The notes beneath the pieces were generated by a model. It was given only the letters and a program-made list of their open reading frames with translations, had not been told where the DNA came from and ran no database searches. The position numbers and the translations under genes were made by a program. A stretch of DNA of 64,000 nt from an uncultured Planctomycetota bacterium (GTDB lineage: Bacteria; Planctomycetota; Brocadiia; CAIUPP01), in assembly GCA_903901045.1 (NCBI GenBank), contig CAIUPP010000021.1, positions 104,491 through 168,490 on the forward strand, read 5' to 3'. Below, one piece after another: positions 49,302 through 59,155 of this stretch. Positions within the stretch are counted from its first letter, which is position 1; each line of letters starts with the position of its first letter.

Positions 49302-50366
49302 ATGAAAGATATCGTCCGCGTTGGCGTTGTCGGCTCCAAGTTCGCCGCCGACTTCCATTGCGACTCCTACAGCCGGAACCCGTTCGCCAGGGTCGTCGCC
49401 ATCGCCGCCATCGACAACCTGGAGCCGATATCGAAGAAGTGGGGCATCCCCGATACCTACCTCGACTACCATGAGATGCTCGCGCGACGGGACATCGACC
49501 TCGTCTCGGTGTGCGTGCCGAACTTCCTGCACCGCGAGGTCGTCCTCGCCGCTGCCAAAGCCGGCAAGCACGTTCTGTGCGAGAAGCCGCTGGCCACCGA
49601 AATCGAGCACGGTCGCGAAATGCTCGACGCCGTCCGGAAAGCCGGCGTCAAACTCTTCTACGGCGAAGACTGGGTCTTCTCGCCCTCGCTGCGTCGCGTC
49701 GAAGCGGTGCTGGCCGAAGGGGCCGTCGGCGAGGTCCTCTATGTCAAAGCGAAGGAATGCCACAACGGCACGCACAGTCCGTTCGCGAAGAACAAGCAGA
49801 CCTGCGGCGGCGGCTCGCTGATGCACCTGGGCATACACCCCGTCGGTTGGGTGCTCCATCTTCTCGGCCAGAGCGGGCGCAACAAGGTCACGGAAGTCAC
49901 AGGCTTTTGCAACGGCGGCGCGGCGGATAATTTCGTTCATAAAGACAACACGGGCGAGGACTTCGGGCTGGGCGTCATGAAGTTCGCCGGCGGCCAGCGC
50001 GCCTTCATCGAAGGCAACTACATCACCGTGGGCGGCATGGACGACCGGGTTGAGATCTACGGGACGCAGGGGGTCATCAAGGTCGACCTCACACAGGGCT
50101 CCAATGTCGACGTGTATAGCCGCCCCGGCTACTCCTATTGGATCGAGAAAGCTGACAACGCGGTCGGTTGGACCAAACCCGCCGTGGATGAGTTCTACAA
50201 CCTCGGGTACGTGGACGAACTGCACTATGCCGTGGAGTGCGTGCGCAATGACGTTCAGCCCATGTACGGCTGTTCCGGCCAGCTTGGCCTGGCCTGCGTC
50301 GAGATCATCAAGGCCATGTACGGTTCAAGCGAAAGAGGGGAGACGGTCCGGGGCACGTGGGGATGA
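49302..50366 (+). CDS. Gfo/Idh/MocA family oxidoreductase
   Basis: ATG at 49302 with GGAG 6 nt upstream. Motifs VRVGVVGSKFAADFH and AGKHVLCEKPLA. Confidence 0.85.
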   Translation: MKDIVRVGVVGSKFAADFHCDSYSRNPFARVVAIAAIDNLEPISKKWGIPDTYLDYHEMLARRDIDLVSVCVPNFLHREVVLAAAKAGKHVLCEKPLATEIEHGREMLDAVRKAGVKLFYGEDWVFSPSLRRVEAVLAEGAVGEVLYVKAKECHNGTHSPFAKNKQTCGGGSLMHLGIHPVGWVLHLLGQSGRNKVTEVTGFCNGGAADNFVHKDNTGEDFGLGVMKFAGGQRAFIEGNYITVGGMDDRVEIYGTQGVIKVDLTQGSNVDVYSRPGYSYWIEKADNAVGWTKPAVDEFYNLGYVDELHYAVECVRNDVQPMYGCSGQLGLACVEIIKAMYGSSERGETVRGTWG

Positions 50367-50408
50367 CGCCGCTTTCCTGCGAAGGGTTGAAGCAAAGGTT
50401 CTGAGCCT

Positions 50409-51599
50409 ATGAGTGTGCATGTTTCACCGGACCAGATGCAGCGCGCGGAGCAGTTCGTCCGAAAGGTCAAAGGGCCGGACGGCCTGGCGGTCGTCGACTT
50501 TGAGAAATTCTGGGCAGCGCATGAGAACGCGCTCCGGAGTCCCTGGGACGCCGCTTGCCGGCAAGTGCCGTTGGGGCTGGCCGGCATGAGCATCGAGTGC
50601 GTCTGGGCGGAACTGGGGGAGCCGGAGGACTGGCATCGCCTCTCGCACGACGATGCTTTCAGCGCCGCGCTTGCCCGCCGCTACAACGATCAGGCCGAGC
50701 GGATCGTCGGCCGCCGGCTCCTTCGGGAGGAGAATGCCCCGCGCCGCCTTCCCGCGCCGCCCATCAAAGGGCTTCACGATATTTTCGAATCCGAGAACCG
50801 GTGGGAGGGGCAATCGTACTGGCTCAAGCAATCCGCCGCGAACGCCGGGGAGCTTTCCGCCCTGCTGGACCGCGTGGAGCGGCGGCTGGAGAATCTGCGC
50901 GACTTCCTTCTGCCCGGCGGCTGGGAAACGGTCAAGCGCGCGCACCTCGACGCCGGTGGGAAGATCATGCCCTATCGCAGCCAGCGCGGGCCGGTCACGT
51001 TTGCCATGTCGATCTTCGGCGTGGAGAACCTGATCTACCTGATCATGGACAATGCCGCGCTTGCCGCGCGTTTCCGCGACCTGCTCCTCAAGTCAATCCT
51101 CGAACGCGCCCGCATCATTGACGAGGAAGCCGGCTTCACTGCGGAGACCGCTCCGCGCCGTTGGAGTTGGGCGGATGACAACTGCGCCTTGCTCAACAAG
51201 GAGATGTACGACTTCTTCGCGCAGCCGATCCTGAAGGGCGTGTTCGACCGGCACGCTTCCGGGCCGAACGACGTGCGCTATCAGCATTCCGACTCCGACA
51301 TGGCGCAGCACCTGCCCACCCTGGGGCGGCTGGGTTTGAGCGGCGTCAACTTCGGTCCCAACCTCACCGTGGCCGAGATTCGCAGCCACCTCCCACGCGC
51401 GATTATTTACGGGCAGATCGCTCCGTTCACTTTCTGCCGCAATGAGGAAGTGAACATCGTCGCGGAGTTTCTTCGCGACCGGGAGATGGCGCGCGAGAAA
51501 CGCGGCCTGGTCTTCACCACCGCGGGATCGATCAACGACGGCTCCCGCTTGAGCAGCCTGCGTCTGCTCATGGCCGCGGCGCAGGAGTTCACGTACTGA
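50409..51599 (+). CDS. URO-D/MtaA family protein (divergent)
   Basis: The central and C-terminal pattern (VTFAMSIFGVENLIYLIMDNAALAARFRDLL…, IIYGQIAPFTF) fits the URO-D family. The N-terminal ~120 aa are atypical. Confidence 0.55.
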   Translation: MSVHVSPDQMQRAEQFVRKVKGPDGLAVVDFEKFWAAHENALRSPWDAACRQVPLGLAGMSIECVWAELGEPEDWHRLSHDDAFSAALARRYNDQAERIVGRRLLREENAPRRLPAPPIKGLHDIFESENRWEGQSYWLKQSAANAGELSALLDRVERRLENLRDFLLPGGWETVKRAHLDAGGKIMPYRSQRGPVTFAMSIFGVENLIYLIMDNAALAARFRDLLLKSILERARIIDEEAGFTAETAPRRWSWADDNCALLNKEMYDFFAQPILKGVFDRHASGPNDVRYQHSDSDMAQHLPTLGRLGLSGVNFGPNLTVAEIRSHLPRAIIYGQIAPFTFCRNEEVNIVAEFLRDREMAREKRGLVFTTAGSINDGSRLSSLRLLMAAAQEFTY

Positions 51600-51616
51600 A
51601 GTCGAGCGGGGCGGCG

Positions 51617-52381
51617 CTAGGCCGCTCCGATGCAGAAGATCTCGTTCTTCGCTTCGATCCGTCGGATGGCGCCGTAGTGGGGCGCGCAACTCTCCTGACC
51701 GGGGGTGGGGGAGAGAGTGAACGCGGCCAGTTCCGCCCAACCCCAATCATTGTAGACGACGTACGCGGGGGCAAATTGTGTCACCGCCAACCCCGCAGTC
51801 ATGGGGCGCACCGCGGCCAGGACGCGGCCGGTATCCACTTGCCAGCGGCGCTGGGCGCGCGGCACGTTGCAGATGCGAATCGGGTAATCCATGACCACCT
51901 GCGTCTTGCCGTCCTCGTGGAGATAGGTGGTGCGCCCGTTGAGCGGCCGGTTGCCGAGAATGGCCTCGCGGATTTCGTCGTACTCCACCAGCTTGCGCGC
52001 CTGGGAGAACTCCACCATGCTGATGTCGATGCGCAGGATGGCCGAGCCCTTGCCGTCGTGAGTGGACATGCGTTCCCCCACGCGGCGCGCCTCGCAGAGG
52101 CCGGGCCGGGCGGAAGAAAAGTCCTTCATGATCATGTAGTCGCTGCGCGAGGCGATCATCAGGAATTCCGATGCCGGCTCCTGCGTCAGATTCTTCGGCA
52201 CATACATGTTCTCCGAGATGCAGCCGGCGTTCAGGACGTACTCGCATGCGCTCCCGTCCGGGGCGACCAGCCGGCACGTGGCGTCAATCTGCGCGCGCGG
52301 CGTGTGATCAGTATGGTCCGTCGTGAACTGCAGAAAACTGCGCATGTAATCCGTCTTGTTCATGAGTTTCAGAGCCTCCAC
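51617..52381 (-). CDS. hypothetical protein
   Basis: 254-aa ORF with GTG start (alternative ATG at ~52363), convergent with the upstream + strand gene. No recognisable motif. Confidence 0.45.
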   Translation of the reverse strand: MEALKLMNKTDYMRSFLQFTTDHTDHTPRAQIDATCRLVAPDGSACEYVLNAGCISENMYVPKNLTQEPASEFLMIASRSDYMIMKDFSSARPGLCEARRVGERMSTHDGKGSAILRIDISMVEFSQARKLVEYDEIREAILGNRPLNGRTTYLHEDGKTQVVMDYPIRICNVPRAQRRWQVDTGRVLAAVRPMTAGLAVTQFAPAYVVYNDWGWAELAAFTLSPTPGQESCAPHYGAIRRIEAKNEIFCIGAA

Positions 52382-52400
52382 TTTCTTTCTGTCAAATGCG

Positions 52401-53480
52401 TTAACTGGCGGCCTTGGCGAGTTCCGGCCTGGCCCAGCAGTGCACCTGGCCGCGGAGCTTCCGGCCCGCTGCCAGCGCCCGCGCCGCCCATTCCGGATTG
52501 AAGCCGGTGAGTTTGATCCCCTTGTCGACCGTGTGGCGGTAGATCACCTCCATGTCGTTGTAGCGCGGCTGGCTCATGGCCACATTGGAAAGGCCGCGCA
52601 TGGCGGACAGACTCTCGACGTAGTGGTCGCCCCGCCCGCAGAAATGGATCCCGCCGCCGCCGAACGCATCCAGCAGCCGCTGTTCATGCGGTTTGATGAA
52701 CTCATCGAACATCTTCGGCGAAAAGTTCATGGCCGAATCGCTGCGCAGCATGAGGGTCCCCTTCTGGAGCGCCCCCCAGTGGAAGCTGTAACCCTCGATG
52801 GGCGCGGGGACGATGCGGAGCCACTCGCGCAGAAAGGCGATGTAGGTCTCGCACACCAGGCCGAGGAAGCGCTGGACCAGGTCGGGATACTCGAACAGGT
52901 CCGTGAAGAGGCTGCTGCCCCAGATGACCTCGGATACATCCATCGCGCCCTGCAGGTCGGGGTGGTAGAGCTGAACGTACTTGCCGATCTTCGGGTAGCG
53001 CTGCTTGATCTCCATCAACCGCTTGCCCATCTCGAAGGTCCTGGCCCCCAGGCTTTGGTGGCAATCGGGCACACCGCGGGCGACGAGGCGGCGGATGGCC
53101 TCCACGTCGTGCAGCGGCAGGGAGGTGGGTAGCGTGTTCTGGTCGCGCTCCATCATGAAGATCCGCGCGCCGAAGAGGCTGGGGAGGATGCTGGTCCCGT
53201 AGTTGGAACGCACCATCATGATGGCGCCGGTGGCCCGCTCCAGCGCTTCCGAACAGCCGGCGAATTGAGACAGCGCCATGAGGTCGTAATCCTCGATGGC
53301 GTCGTTGATCAGCACCTTCGGCCACGCCACTTTGGGGGGGGCGGCCTTCGGGCGCGCCGGGACGAAGACCTCTCCCTGGAAGCGATTGTCCGTGAAGTCC
53401 TGCCAGCTCCTGAGCAGTTGCTCCTCAACTTCGGCGTCAATGCGGTCTTCGAGGTCCTGCAGGTACGTGTCAATCTGCAT
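52401..53480 (-). CDS. URO-D/MtaA family protein
   Basis: Start at MQIDTYLQDL (ATG; purine-rich stretch upstream). Family pattern through the C-terminus (GGGGIHFCGRGDHYVESL). The longer upstream ORF extension is low-complexity and Arg-rich. Confidence 0.7.
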   Translation of the reverse strand: MQIDTYLQDLEDRIDAEVEEQLLRSWQDFTDNRFQGEVFVPARPKAAPPKVAWPKVLINDAIEDYDLMALSQFAGCSEALERATGAIMMVRSNYGTSILPSLFGARIFMMERDQNTLPTSLPLHDVEAIRRLVARGVPDCHQSLGARTFEMGKRLMEIKQRYPKIGKYVQLYHPDLQGAMDVSEVIWGSSLFTDLFEYPDLVQRFLGLVCETYIAFLREWLRIVPAPIEGYSFHWGALQKGTLMLRSDSAMNFSPKMFDEFIKPHEQRLLDAFGGGGIHFCGRGDHYVESLSAMRGLSNVAMSQPRYNDMEVIYRHTVDKGIKLTGFNPEWAARALAAGRKLRGQVHCWARPELAKAAS

Positions 53481-53484
53481 GATG

Positions 53485-54291
53485 CTATTCTTTCTTCCCG
53501 GCCTGCTGCCCGGCGGCGTAAGGGAAGCCGGGGTGCCATGGAACCTTCGCCAGCGAGAGCAGGAATTCGGACAGCCCGGCGGCGCCGCTCTCCACGATTT
53601 CGCGCCCGCGTTCGGCGCTTGCCTTCTCAACCACCCCCCCGCCGCCCAGCGGCAGGAAGCGGTCCCACGGGCGGACGAAGTAGGTCTGGTCCAGATGGAC
53701 CAGACCGGCATCCGGCTCCGCGATCGGGAGATTCCGCAAATGCTCATTGCGCACAAGCTCCGGGCGCAGGTACATCATCTGCGACGTCTCGCTCTCCCCG
53801 CCGTGCGGGGAGGGATGTTCGATCAGGCGTTTGCTGCGGTCGGCAAATATCCCGGGCGTCATGCAGACGAAAGAGCGCCGTTCGATGGGGGTGCGGTCGA
53901 AATGCTCGCGGAGCGTTGCGCGCATGGCGTCGGTATTGCCGCCGTGCCCGTCGAACAGAACGACCTTGCGGATGCCATCCTCCTCGACCGCCTGGATGAC
54001 GTCGAGCAGCATGAGCATCAGCGTGCGCACCGTCACGCGGCACGCAAAGGGAAAGGGCTTGAAGTTGACATTGTTGCCGATCGGCAGGGTGGGGTACATC
54101 AACACGCGCCCCCCGCGCTGGTTGGCCAGTTCCGTGGCGCGCCGGCAGAGCGCGTCCGATTCAAAGTAATCGGCGCCGTAGGGCAATGCGGGGCCGTGCG
54201 GTTCGGTGGACCCGACGCCGAGCAGCACGATCTCCGGGGCGAACGCCCGCACTTCCGGAAGAGTCATTTCAGAAAGAATTCCCGTGTTCAT
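53485..54291 (-). CDS. creatininase family amidohydrolase
   Basis: IVLLGVGSTEPHGPALPYGADY matches the creatininase metal-binding signature (VGSxExHGxHLPxxTD). Confidence 0.8.
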   Translation of the reverse strand: MNTGILSEMTLPEVRAFAPEIVLLGVGSTEPHGPALPYGADYFESDALCRRATELANQRGGRVLMYPTLPIGNNVNFKPFPFACRVTVRTLMLMLLDVIQAVEEDGIRKVVLFDGHGGNTDAMRATLREHFDRTPIERRSFVCMTPGIFADRSKRLIEHPSPHGGESETSQMMYLRPELVRNEHLRNLPIAEPDAGLVHLDQTYFVRPWDRFLPLGGGGVVEKASAERGREIVESGAAGLSEFLLSLAKVPWHPGFPYAAGQQAGKKE

Positions 54292-54388
54292 AGGCTTTCA
54301 TTCCTGTCGCGGACCTGGGTTGTTTCATCCCCCGCGCCGAACGCCGCCGCAGGGTCTGGCGGAGTATACCACGCCCGCCGGAGCGTCG

Positions 54389-56542
54389 TCAGGGGCTGGC
54401 GTGACGCCGCAGTTCCTCGACGATCCAGGGGGCCGTCAGCTCCACCCCCTCCCGGTCGTTCGCGCGCATGAACGTGGCATTCTCATACATGGTGAACCCA
54501 TCCGCGCCGCCTTCGAGCGCCTCGTTGATCAGATGCGCAACCCATTGCCGGTCCTGATCGGCGGGCGGCAGCGCCGGGCAGAAATTCACCGGCAGCCCCG
54601 CCTTGGCGGCGATCGCTGCGGCCACCGCGCCGGGGGCGTTGCGCATCCCCGCCATCTTGATCGTCACCTCGTCCAGCAAGCCCTCCGCGATCCACCCGCG
54701 CCAGTCGAAGTGCATCTCCATCTCCGTGTGCCAGCGCGGATCGCCCATGCGCGCCGAGATGTGCGCCTGGGCGCTCAGGCCCGCCTGGCGCAACCGCGCG
54801 ACGGCGCGGCGCAGGAAACTCGTGTAGAATTCCCCCCGGAGCCGCCGCCACGACTCGCGGTCGAACGGCTCACGCAGAATATCCACGCCGTAGCGCTCCT
54901 TGAACGCCCGCACCACGGGCGGGTTGAACCCGAAGGCGCTCCAGTCGAACGTGCGGTTGTGGTTGACGATTCGGAAATCGATGCCGTCCACCCCCGCGTC
55001 GATGCAGTTCTCCACCTGGCTCATCGCCCAGTCCTGGACTTCATCATGGCCGAAACAGAGCGCGCCTTGGAGATATCGTTCACGCCCGAGGGCCACGCCC
55101 AGCGGCTTTGGGCCGTCAAGCCATGCGTAATCCTCCGACGCTCCGACGTTGTTGTCGGGGACGTCCACCACCAATCCCCACGCGCGCCAGTCCGCGCCCT
55201 GCTGGCGGGGGCGGTTGGCGAAGGTGACCGGCAGCGCGCGCCCTTGCTCGTCCCGCACCTCAATCAGGTCGCGCAGCCGGTTGCCGAAAGAGCGCGTCGG
55301 CGCGCCTTCGACCGTGACGGCGAAGAACCGCTCCGGGATGGCCAGGCCATCGAGCGTCAGGGTGACGGCGTCGCGCCGCTCCATCCGCACCGCCATCGGA
55401 CCCGCATAAGGCTTGTAACGTCCATTGTCGCGGCTGGTCCAGAGGCGCACGCGGGCGGGGTCCAGTTCGGCCTTCAACCCCGGCTCCGCCTTCAGGACGA
55501 TGGTGCGCACGCTCCGCTGATCCAGGTCGGCCGGAACGTCGCTCACGTCGCGTTCGATGCGCAAGGCGGAGTTCTGAGCAACCCAGTCCAAGCTCATCCA
55601 GATGGGACCGCCCAGGCGCGGTATCTTGCCGTAGCGCCGCGCCATTTGGGACCCCTCGGAGAAAGTTCCGGTGGGCAGGGCGTAGGCGGTATCGAAAGGC
55701 TTGAGAACGGCGTAGATGGGCAACCCCGCGCAATGGGCCGCTTGCACGGTCGCGGGCAGGAAGTCGCCGACGCTCTCCCGCGTGCGCCGGATGTTCTCCT
55801 GAAGGCCGGGAAAGTCCTGCGCGCTGCCGGACTGGTCCCAGAAACCTCCCCGGCTGCCGTAGTCGTAAATGAAGTAGAGGCGTTTCACGCGATTGGCCTT
55901 GTAGAGTTCCATGGCCGCGCGAAACGTCTTCTCGCTCCAGGCGTTCAGGATGATGTCATCGTAGAAATCGATGCAGGCGTAAAGGTTGTAGGCGCTGCGC
56001 GGGGGCAGGGGGCGCAACTCACCCGCCTGGGGAACTCCCTCGACCTGAAAAGCGTGCAGAACTGCGCCCGCCGACAACTCCAGGCTCACGTCCAGCACCA
56101 GTTCGCCGGGAACCGGATCTTCCGCATCCAGGAGCGCGACGCCATCCACGGAGAGGCGCAGCCGTCCCCCGGTGCGCTCGCAGAGCAGCGTGCGGCGGAC
56201 GTCCGGGGAGAGATTGGAAAGTCCCGTGACCGCCACGACCCAATGCGCCAGTTGGACGCGCGCAGCCGGATTCTCCCGGTTGCCGGGGCTGAACGAATAG
56301 CGCGACGCCTCAATCCGCACCGTGCCGGTCACCTGGCAGGTGACGCGGAATTCGGACAGTCCGGGGAGGGGGAAGCGGCGCGTGAGCCAGGTGGAGGCCG
56401 CAGCGCAATGCCCTTCGGGACGCTGCACGAGCGCGCCGAAGAGCGTGTTCCATGAAGCTTCCACCGGTTGGGACGCTTCGATGGAGGCGTACTGCCGCCA
56501 GCCGTCGTGCTTGACCAAAGCGAGTCCTTCTTTCTCGTTCAA
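54389..56542 (-). CDS. putative glycoside hydrolase-like TIM-barrel protein (GHL10/DUF-type)
   Basis: 717 aa, TTG start (uncertain). Long (beta/alpha)8-like region with conserved acidic residues. No confident family call. Confidence 0.5.
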   Translation of the reverse strand: MNEKEGLALVKHDGWRQYASIEASQPVEASWNTLFGALVQRPEGHCAAASTWLTRRFPLPGLSEFRVTCQVTGTVRIEASRYSFSPGNRENPAARVQLAHWVVAVTGLSNLSPDVRRTLLCERTGGRLRLSVDGVALLDAEDPVPGELVLDVSLELSAGAVLHAFQVEGVPQAGELRPLPPRSAYNLYACIDFYDDIILNAWSEKTFRAAMELYKANRVKRLYFIYDYGSRGGFWDQSGSAQDFPGLQENIRRTRESVGDFLPATVQAAHCAGLPIYAVLKPFDTAYALPTGTFSEGSQMARRYGKIPRLGGPIWMSLDWVAQNSALRIERDVSDVPADLDQRSVRTIVLKAEPGLKAELDPARVRLWTSRDNGRYKPYAGPMAVRMERRDAVTLTLDGLAIPERFFAVTVEGAPTRSFGNRLRDLIEVRDEQGRALPVTFANRPRQQGADWRAWGLVVDVPDNNVGASEDYAWLDGPKPLGVALGRERYLQGALCFGHDEVQDWAMSQVENCIDAGVDGIDFRIVNHNRTFDWSAFGFNPPVVRAFKERYGVDILREPFDRESWRRLRGEFYTSFLRRAVARLRQAGLSAQAHISARMGDPRWHTEMEMHFDWRGWIAEGLLDEVTIKMAGMRNAPGAVAAAIAAKAGLPVNFCPALPPADQDRQWVAHLINEALEGGADGFTMYENATFMRANDREGVELTAPWIVEELRRHASP

Positions 56543-56585
56543 CCCTCGCGCGTCGTCCGCAGCGGAGAGACTGCCGCGGCGCGCC

Positions 56586-59066
56586 CTACGGCTGCTTGAC
56601 GCCCAGCGCGCCGATCGTTGTGCCGTTCTCGCCGGCGCCGATGTTGGGGCTGTCGGGCAGAAGGCGGAAGTCCCGGTTGGCCGGGTCGACGTAGCGCGGG
56701 TGCTTGAAAATCGAATGCGTATCCTTGCCGGTGGCGTCCTGCCATTCCTTCAGACTGTAATACCACTCCGTGTGCAGCAAGTTCACCGCCTTGGCGAGTC
56801 TCCGGTTGTAGTAGAAATCATCGGGCGGCAGTTTGATGTCCACGTCGGGGGCCGGCCGCCGCGGCTCGTCCGGGCGGATGATCGCGGCGAAGTTGTTGTA
56901 GTCGCAGTCGAAGCTCTTCACATCCTCGGCGGGGGTAACCGCGATGTGGAAGTTGGCCGTGTAGGTGAAGCTGTTGTCCCGGAAGACGCTGCCGGCCGCC
57001 GAGTGGCTGAAGGCCGCGCCGTGGTGAAGCGTCATCGTCACCGTGTTGTAGGTGATGTGAAACCCGGGGCTTTCCTCAATTTCCAGCGCCCGGTTCATGG
57101 CATAGAGCACGCAGTGATCCACCGTCAGTCGGGGGGACTTCGTCGCGCGGATCCCCGCGCCGACAAAGCGCTCCTTTCGCGCCCACTCATTGTTCCAGAT
57201 CAGCGATTGCTCGATGCGGACGTCCGGGGACTCGTTGACCAGGATCCCCTGCGCCTTGAACCAGCGCACCTCCAGCCCCTTCACGACCACCCACGGCGCA
57301 TTATCGATCGTCAGGCACGGCTCGTCGAATTGCTTCATGCCATCGAGAACGACGCCTCCCTTGGGGGAAGCCATGAGGGTGATCGGCGCCGCCGCCGTGC
57401 CACCGTGAATGAGCCAGTGCGGACCGAAATACGTTCCCGGCAGGAGAACCACCCGGTCGCCGGGGTTGGCGTTGTTGAGCGCGAGTTGAAGCGACTTGAG
57501 CGGATGCTCCTCCGTCCCCAGGAGGGGATCGTCGCTCCCTGTGAGCGGGGACACAACCCACGCGCGCGGCGGGCCCTCGTGCTTCACGAACCCGGCGGCG
57601 ATGCGCGGGAGTTGCGCCTCGGAGGAGGCCGCCTCGGCCACGCCGGAAATCGCCCCCTTCGCCGGAGGCAGGAGTTGCAGCGGCTTGTCGTCCAGCACGC
57701 CGAACGCGCCGATCGGTGCATCGCCGGGCGCCAACTTCGCCACGGGACTGCCCGGACGCAATCGGTAATCATCCTTCTCCGGAGCGGCGAACTGCGGATC
57801 GACGTTGACGTTGTTGAGGCCGTTCTTGCGGCCGGCGAGCGTCTTGATCATGGCATCGCCGCTGGCGGCAGACCAGAGGCAGTTGAAGTCCACCACGGCA
57901 CCGGGGACGATTCCCTCTTCATTCGTGCCGGGCACCAGCACGTTCGTGTAGCCGGTGACGATGTTGTATCGGAAGATGGCGTCCGCTCCCCAGTTTCTGC
58001 AGCCGATGCCGAAGTTGAACTGTGGCGCGGGAACTTTTCGGTTTACCACCGTGTCCACAATCGTATTGTGCTCGACGATGATCGGGCCGGGGTCGCACTT
58101 GAAGAAGAGGCCCAGGTTGAAGCCGGTGCAGAGGGTGCGGCGCACCTCCGCCGCGCTCCCCGGACCGTAGACCTGGACGCCGCTCTGGTGCTGGCTGTAT
58201 TCGGGCACTTCGAAGCGGCCAGCCCGGCGGAAGAATTGGCAATCCTCCACGATCACGTTCCTGCCGTAGGAGAACACGCCGTTGCCCACGTCATCGGCGC
58301 GGCAGCGCAGCACTTTGACGTTGAGGCTGTCGGGCCGGATCTGAAACCCGCGGCGCGCGTTCCAGACGCGGCAATCCTCGATGACCACCTCCGTGCTGCT
58401 CGTCACCCAGACGGCGGCGCTGGAAACCTGCAACTGAAAATGGCGGAACTGGAGGCCCTGCACGGTGACGCGGGAGCGCGCGATGTCGATGCCGACATCA
58501 TCGCGCGCCACGGCGATCTGGTGCGCTTCGGGCGGCCGGCCATCGGAGGTGTGGAAGGTGAGATCGGTCCCGCTGTGGTAGTAGCTTGCGCCCATCTGGG
58601 CGACGGCGTCCGGAGCGGTCATGTGCGTGTAGCGGATGCGCGTGTCCTCTTCCCACACGCTGGAATCCTGCGCCTGGGATATCTTCAGCGGTATCTTGAA
58701 CGTGCCGGGCTTCTCTGCGACAGGAGTGGTGCCCGTGATCCGCTGCGAACCGTCAAGGATTGCGTCCTCGAAAGCACCGTCCGCCCGCTGCGCCGCGTGG
58801 ATGACCAGCGGTGGGGGGTTCTGGCGCGCAAGCACCTTGACGCCGCCGGGGTACACCCCCTCGTGGATGACGATCTCCTGCGCCCCGTCGCGCGCCGCGG
58901 CGAGGTCCACCGCTCTCTGGATCGAGGCGATGGGCTTCTCCAGCGTGCCCGGGTCGGCGTCGTTCCCCTTGGGCGAGACATGAAGCGCATCGGCCCATGC
59001 GCCGCCCGCGCCGATCGTCGCCATCGAGGCCGCCATCAACAGCCCGACTCTCCAGTTGGCTCGCAT
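56586..59066 (-). CDS. secreted tandem right-handed beta-helix protein (paralog of 25065..28190)
   Basis: ATG at 59066 with GGAGG 9 nt upstream. A signal peptide is followed by HVSPKGNDADPGTLEKPIASIQRAV, and a second domain begins WVVSPLTGSDDPLLGTEEHPLKSLQLAL. Collinear with the protein at 25065. Confidence 0.8.
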   Translation of the reverse strand: MRANWRVGLLMAASMATIGAGGAWADALHVSPKGNDADPGTLEKPIASIQRAVDLAAARDGAQEIVIHEGVYPGGVKVLARQNPPPLVIHAAQRADGAFEDAILDGSQRITGTTPVAEKPGTFKIPLKISQAQDSSVWEEDTRIRYTHMTAPDAVAQMGASYYHSGTDLTFHTSDGRPPEAHQIAVARDDVGIDIARSRVTVQGLQFRHFQLQVSSAAVWVTSSTEVVIEDCRVWNARRGFQIRPDSLNVKVLRCRADDVGNGVFSYGRNVIVEDCQFFRRAGRFEVPEYSQHQSGVQVYGPGSAAEVRRTLCTGFNLGLFFKCDPGPIIVEHNTIVDTVVNRKVPAPQFNFGIGCRNWGADAIFRYNIVTGYTNVLVPGTNEEGIVPGAVVDFNCLWSAASGDAMIKTLAGRKNGLNNVNVDPQFAAPEKDDYRLRPGSPVAKLAPGDAPIGAFGVLDDKPLQLLPPAKGAISGVAEAASSEAQLPRIAAGFVKHEGPPRAWVVSPLTGSDDPLLGTEEHPLKSLQLALNNANPGDRVVLLPGTYFGPHWLIHGGTAAAPITLMASPKGGVVLDGMKQFDEPCLTIDNAPWVVVKGLEVRWFKAQGILVNESPDVRIEQSLIWNNEWARKERFVGAGIRATKSPRLTVDHCVLYAMNRALEIEESPGFHITYNTVTMTLHHGAAFSHSAAGSVFRDNSFTYTANFHIAVTPAEDVKSFDCDYNNFAAIIRPDEPRRPAPDVDIKLPPDDFYYNRRLAKAVNLLHTEWYYSLKEWQDATGKDTHSIFKHPRYVDPANRDFRLLPDSPNIGAGENGTTIGALGVKQP

Positions 59067-59155
59067 TGAAAACATCCTCCAAGTGCATAGGGGTGGCGCG
59101 GTTATTCGGCTCCCGGGGACGGGGGCCGTTCCAGCTTCGCGCGTGCGCCGCCTCA

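Noticed and set aside
46475-50225. Minus-strand ORFs 46475-48196, 48524-49339 and 49101-50225 opposite the DPD-like and Gfo/Idh/MocA genes
   Set aside because: Shadow ORFs. The + strand encodes unmistakable DHODH-barrel, dinucleotide-binding and ferredoxin Cys-cluster motifs.
54206-59069. Long + strand ORFs (54206-56455, 56322-59069, 58997-59911) opposite the minus-strand GH-like, beta-helix and DUF1559 genes
   Set aside because: Arg/Gly/Ala-rich low-complexity products. The minus-strand frames carry signal peptides, beta-helix repeats and paralogy to + strand genes elsewhere in the window.
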